A DNA stretch of 64,000 nucleotides, taken from the NCBI GenBank assembly GCA_014240375.1, contig JAAZXB010000005.1, positions 297 through 64,296 of the forward strand, read 5' to 3'. Below are positions 60,427 through 64,000 of this stretch, piece after piece. Source of the DNA: Planctomycetota bacterium (GTDB taxonomy: Bacteria > Planctomycetota > UBA8108 > UBA1146). The translations under genes were made by a program, and so were the position numbers. Below the pieces are notes generated by a model, which had not been told where the DNA came from, searched no databases, and worked only from the letters and a program-made list of their open reading frames with translations. Numbering within the stretch: position 1 is the stretch's first letter; every line of letters begins with the position of its first letter.

Positions 60427-62502
60427 ATGGAAACTCGAAAGCGGTTGAAATCGATCGCCAGCAAATGGTCTGCCTGCGGGCTGGCCCTGCTTTTTTGCGG
60501 CCTCTTTCAGAGCTCCCTCTGCGCCCAGTTCCATCCACCGCTGCTTCTCTCCGATGGACTCGCTCCGATGGACGGTGGGCAGATTCATCTCGATACCAGC
60601 TGCTCGACCTGTTCACCCCAGCAAGTATCCATCTGTGCGAAATCCGCCGATCAGCTGCTGTTCAGCGGCACGCTCATGCAGTTCGGTACGATGGTTTCGG
60701 TCCTCGATTCTTCCAATCAGCTCGGAGCACCATCGCTGACCCAGGGCTCGGCGGCGCACTACCTGATCTCTCTGGACGAGCAGATCGTCGGCGGTCCCCG
60801 GTTCGTTTCGGTGATCGAAAGTGTTGCGGTGGGTTTCGGAGACCCTGAACAGGTCAGCGAAGGTCCAGAAGATCAACACTCCTCGGTGATCACGATTCTA
60901 GATAGCGGCCATCGGGTGGTCAGCTGGATTCGCTCCGATGCGGGGATCGACACCGTGATGATGAAGTACGGAGCCAATTCGCCGATCGAGATCGGGACCG
61001 GGTCGATGAGTCAACTCTGTTCCGTGGGTGGAGAGTCGGTGCTGATCTGCTGGTTGGAGGGATCGCTACTGCGAATCAGGATTGCAGATTCTGGCTCCGT
61101 CAGCGCTCCGATGGAATTGTATGATCTGTTGTCGATTCCGACCTTCCTGAAGTTGCATGCGGAGGCGCAGGGTCATCTGAAGATCATCACCTTGCTCGGA
61201 GACCAGCTGCTGTTGCTGGAAGGATCGCTGGTCACCGGGATCAACACCCAGCAGGTGATTCGTGATCGGGCCATCGGAGTCTCACACCTCTCCTTCGTCA
61301 GCCTGTACTCCGGTCGCTACTGCCTCAGCTGGATCCAGGACGGATTGATCCATAGATACTCCTTCCAACCTGGCGGGGCCGTGACCGATGAAATCTTGAC
61401 CGGGATTACAGGCCAACCGCAAGAGGTGGAGGTGGCAATCGATGCTGCTGGAAATGAGCATTTCCTCGTCATTGCAGATGGCGATGCATGGTACCTCCAT
61501 GACACGCCCGCTCCTGAAGCGGAATTGCTGATCCAGTCCTCCGATGACGGGATTGCCGATCACTCCATCACCTTTCAGAGCGAGAGTAGCGGGTTGATCT
61601 CCAGCCACTACTGGGATTTCGGGGATGGAGAGTCGAGCACATCGAGTGGCGGCGAACACACCTATCTCGAGCCCGGCACCTACACCATCTCCTTGACGGT
61701 CACGGGTCCAGGCGGAACGGATACGGCTGTCTTCGCTGCTCCTGTTGTGGTGGCCCCACCGGAGTCCTCGATGGCGTTGGCGGATATTTCTGTGTTCGGT
61801 GGACAGCCTGTATTCCACCCGGTACTTGGCACCCATTCGAGTTACCTGCAAGGTTTTCAGATCGCACTGGAGTTCGATGGATTGGTTCTAGAAATGTCGG
61901 AGATCTCGCTCAGTGGAACTCAAGCGGAATCTCTGGCACCGGAGTTCGTCATTTCCCAGATCAACATGAATGGTGAGGACTCGACGATGTATATCGCGGT
62001 GATCTTCGACACATTGCCGCCCTTTGACGGCAGGATGATGGATCCTGGAAGCAATCAGACCCTGTGCACGCTGGACTACACCGTCAATTTTGGATTTCCG
62101 ATGGGGACCTCGACCGAATTGCGATTCATGGACTCCGTTGGAGATCCACCGATCAATACCATTTATGCCATCGAGGGTGGATTCTCGGAGTCCCCCTACC
62201 TGATCCACGGGACCGTGAGCATCTCCGAGGCACCTCAGTTCCTCTTTGTCAGGGGAGATGTGAATTACAACCAGTCGGTCAACATCGCAGATGCCATTTT
62301 CTTGCTCGATTATCTGTTCACCAACGGTGAAGCGAGTGTTTGCCCCGACGCTGCCGATTCAAATGACGATGGCCAGCTCAACATCGGCGATGCCATCTAC
62401 TTGCTCAACTTCCTCTTTTCTTCCGGCGAGACGATTCCCTACCCATATCCGGGATACGGCATCGATCCGAGTGCAGATGATCTTGGTGCCTGCCTGCCGT
62501 GA
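60427..62502 (+). CDS. Secreted protein with PKD domain and C-terminal dockerin module
   Basis: Signal peptide; YWDFGDGESSTSSGGEHTYLEPGTYTISLTVTG (PKD); C-terminus GDVNYNQSVNIADAIFLLDYLF...DSNDDGQLNIGDAIYLLNFLF. Confidence 0.8.
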   Translation: METRKRLKSIASKWSACGLALLFCGLFQSSLCAQFHPPLLLSDGLAPMDGGQIHLDTSCSTCSPQQVSICAKSADQLLFSGTLMQFGTMVSVLDSSNQLGAPSLTQGSAAHYLISLDEQIVGGPRFVSVIESVAVGFGDPEQVSEGPEDQHSSVITILDSGHRVVSWIRSDAGIDTVMMKYGANSPIEIGTGSMSQLCSVGGESVLICWLEGSLLRIRIADSGSVSAPMELYDLLSIPTFLKLHAEAQGHLKIITLLGDQLLLLEGSLVTGINTQQVIRDRAIGVSHLSFVSLYSGRYCLSWIQDGLIHRYSFQPGGAVTDEILTGITGQPQEVEVAIDAAGNEHFLVIADGDAWYLHDTPAPEAELLIQSSDDGIADHSITFQSESSGLISSHYWDFGDGESSTSSGGEHTYLEPGTYTISLTVTGPGGTDTAVFAAPVVVAPPESSMALADISVFGGQPVFHPVLGTHSSYLQGFQIALEFDGLVLEMSEISLSGTQAESLAPEFVISQINMNGEDSTMYIAVIFDTLPPFDGRMMDPGSNQTLCTLDYTVNFGFPMGTSTELRFMDSVGDPPINTIYAIEGGFSESPYLIHGTVSISEAPQFLFVRGDVNYNQSVNIADAIFLLDYLFTNGEASVCPDAADSNDDGQLNIGDAIYLLNFLFSSGETIPYPYPGYGIDPSADDLGACLP

Positions 62503-62716
62503 GTGATTCCTGGCGCTTCTGACGGTGGCAGGGCTGAATTCGCCCCCATCTCCCAGACCCTGAACAGCCGCTCCTCGACCCAAATTGTCTTGATCTGGCG
62601 GCTGCTGTGCCCTGATCTTCTGGAACGTGATCGTCTCCCTGTATCTAATACGGTTCAATCGTCGAGCCCTGGACCGTTGGGTCGGGGTTCATCGTTTTCA
62701 GCAAGGAGGGTCAGAG

Positions 62717-64000
62717 TGAAGTTTCTGCGTAGTCATCTGATGGGTCAGTGGCATCCAGCCAACTCTGAAACCGGTTCGGTAGTGGTGGATCCGACCACCG
62801 AGGTCTCGCTGGCTACCGTCTCCAGTTCTGGAGTCGATTTTCAGGCAGCGGTGGAGTTCTCTCGCACCACAGGCGGCAGTGCTCTGAGAGAGCTGACCTT
62901 CAGTCAGCGAGGTGAGTTACTGATCGCCATGTCGAAAGCGATACACTCGCGGCGAGAAGAGTTACTGGAACTCTCGATGCGGAGTTGTGGAAGTACACGT
63001 AAAGATTCCAAGTTCGACATCGATGGAGCCACTGGAACTCTTTACCACTACGGCGCACTGGGAAAGGAACTGGGGGATTCTGTTCGCCTCGCGGATGGGG
63101 AGGGAGAACCTCTCGGCAGAAACGCCGTGTACTGGGGACGTCACGGTCGACTTTCACGAAATGGTGTGGCTGTTCATATCAATGCCTTCAACTTTCCGGC
63201 GTGGGGATTTGCAGAGAAAGCAGCGGCCGCGATCCTCGCCGGAATGCCTGTGATCACGAAGCCCGCGAGCAGCACCTCCATCGTGACCGAACGCTGTATC
63301 GATGCTGTGGTGGAGGCAGGGGTACTGCCGGAGGGAGTCCTGGGTTTGATCTGTGGATCGGTGGGGGATCTCTTCGATCACTTGACAGGTCAGGACGTGG
63401 TCGCCTTTACCGGATCGGCCAGCACCGCATTTCGGATTCGATCTCATGAAAATCTTCTGCGACAGTCGACTTCAGTGAATGTCGAGGCAGACAGCCTCAA
63501 TGCTGCGATTCTGGGACCGGATGTTGAACCCGGATCAGAGGTGTGGAATCTGTTCGTCCGTGAGGTCGCGAGGGAAGTGACCCAGAAGAGTGGCCAGAAG
63601 TGCACTGCGGTTCGTCGAATCCTTTCTCCGATCGATCGGATAGACCCGTTGCAGGACGCTCTCTGCGAAGAAATGCAATCGCGAGTGGTGGGGAATCCCT
63701 TCGAAGAGAGGGTCAATGTCGGCCCGCTCGCCACAGCAGATCAACTTTCCAGCGTGCTGGAGGGAACGACTCGATTACGCGAGGTTGCGGATCTGATCCA
63801 CGGCAGTGGCGAAAGGATCGAGGGAGTCGGGGCAGAGCAGGGCAAGGGCTATTTCTTCGGGCCGACCTTGCTGAAGGTCAAGGAAGGTGTCACCGATGAC
63901 CTGGTTCATGACCTGGAGGTGTTCGGTCCGGTATCGACGATTTGCCCCTACGATGGTGAAGCTGCGACTGCTGCCTGCCTCAATAGTAGGGGCAAGGGGA
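62717..64000 (+). CDS. paaZ: PaaZ/PaaN-family aldehyde dehydrogenase domain (partial; continues past window end)
   Basis: GTG start with AAGGAGGG SD; VAVHINAFNFPAWGF...KPASST...CGSVGDLFDHLTGQDVVAFTGS...EADSLN...KSGQKCTAVRRI matches the E. coli PaaZ N-terminal ALDH domain block for block. Not in the ORF track because no stop lies within the window. Confidence 0.8.

Noticed and set aside
60202-60588. Minus-strand 128-aa ORF upstream of the PKD-dockerin gene
   Set aside because: It spans the intergenic repeat region and the 5' end of the plus-strand gene; no motif, and a poor start.

Overview
High-GC (~60-65%) bacterial chromosomal segment; the gene content (many secreted proteins with C-terminal dockerin-type modules, thrombospondin-type-3-like Ca-binding repeats, FG-GAP/Ig-like giant surface proteins, prenyltransferase/SQ-cyclase-repeat proteins) looks Planctomycetota-like, but the organism cannot be identified from sequence alone. 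I can support about 47 protein-coding genes, 2 tRNAs, several rho-independent terminators and several short-period tandem-repeat arrays. Housekeeping genes (trpS, glyA, prfB without the programmed frameshift, gluQ, ispG, two cyclophilins, pepF, ltaE, a class-V aminotransferase) are interspersed with an LPS-core-type cluster (GT4, GT2, Kdo kinase, tRNA-Pro) and with accessory-looking modules. The accessory-looking modules are: (i) two tandem paralogs of a periplasmic metallophosphoesterase fused to a tetraheme c-type cytochrome, one of which carries an in-frame TGA exactly at a Cys position of its paralog (selenocysteine candidate versus pseudogene); (ii) an ECF sigma / anti-sigma pair in which the anti-sigma factor carries an extracytoplasmic dockerin module, sitting among at least six other dockerin-bearing secreted proteins, including a 2315-aa FG-GAP/Ig-repeat giant; (iii) a MamK-like actin gene paired with a long coiled-coil protein; (iv) a MrfA/MrfB-like DEXH helicase (DUF1998) + DnaQ-like exonuclease pair; (v) a CHAT-TPR protease-like gene overlapping a secretin-family gene with an unusual ~300-aa C-terminal extension, followed by a HEAT-repeat lipoprotein; (vi) an AT-rich islet encoding a Cys-rich 4-TM membrane protein just upstream of the giant gene; (vii) four non-coding 13-16-nt tandem repeat arrays in the 5' regions of genes for secreted proteins. 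Gene starts were refined by hand where the supplied ORF was clearly over-extended; all functional calls are from motif recognition, not database searches.
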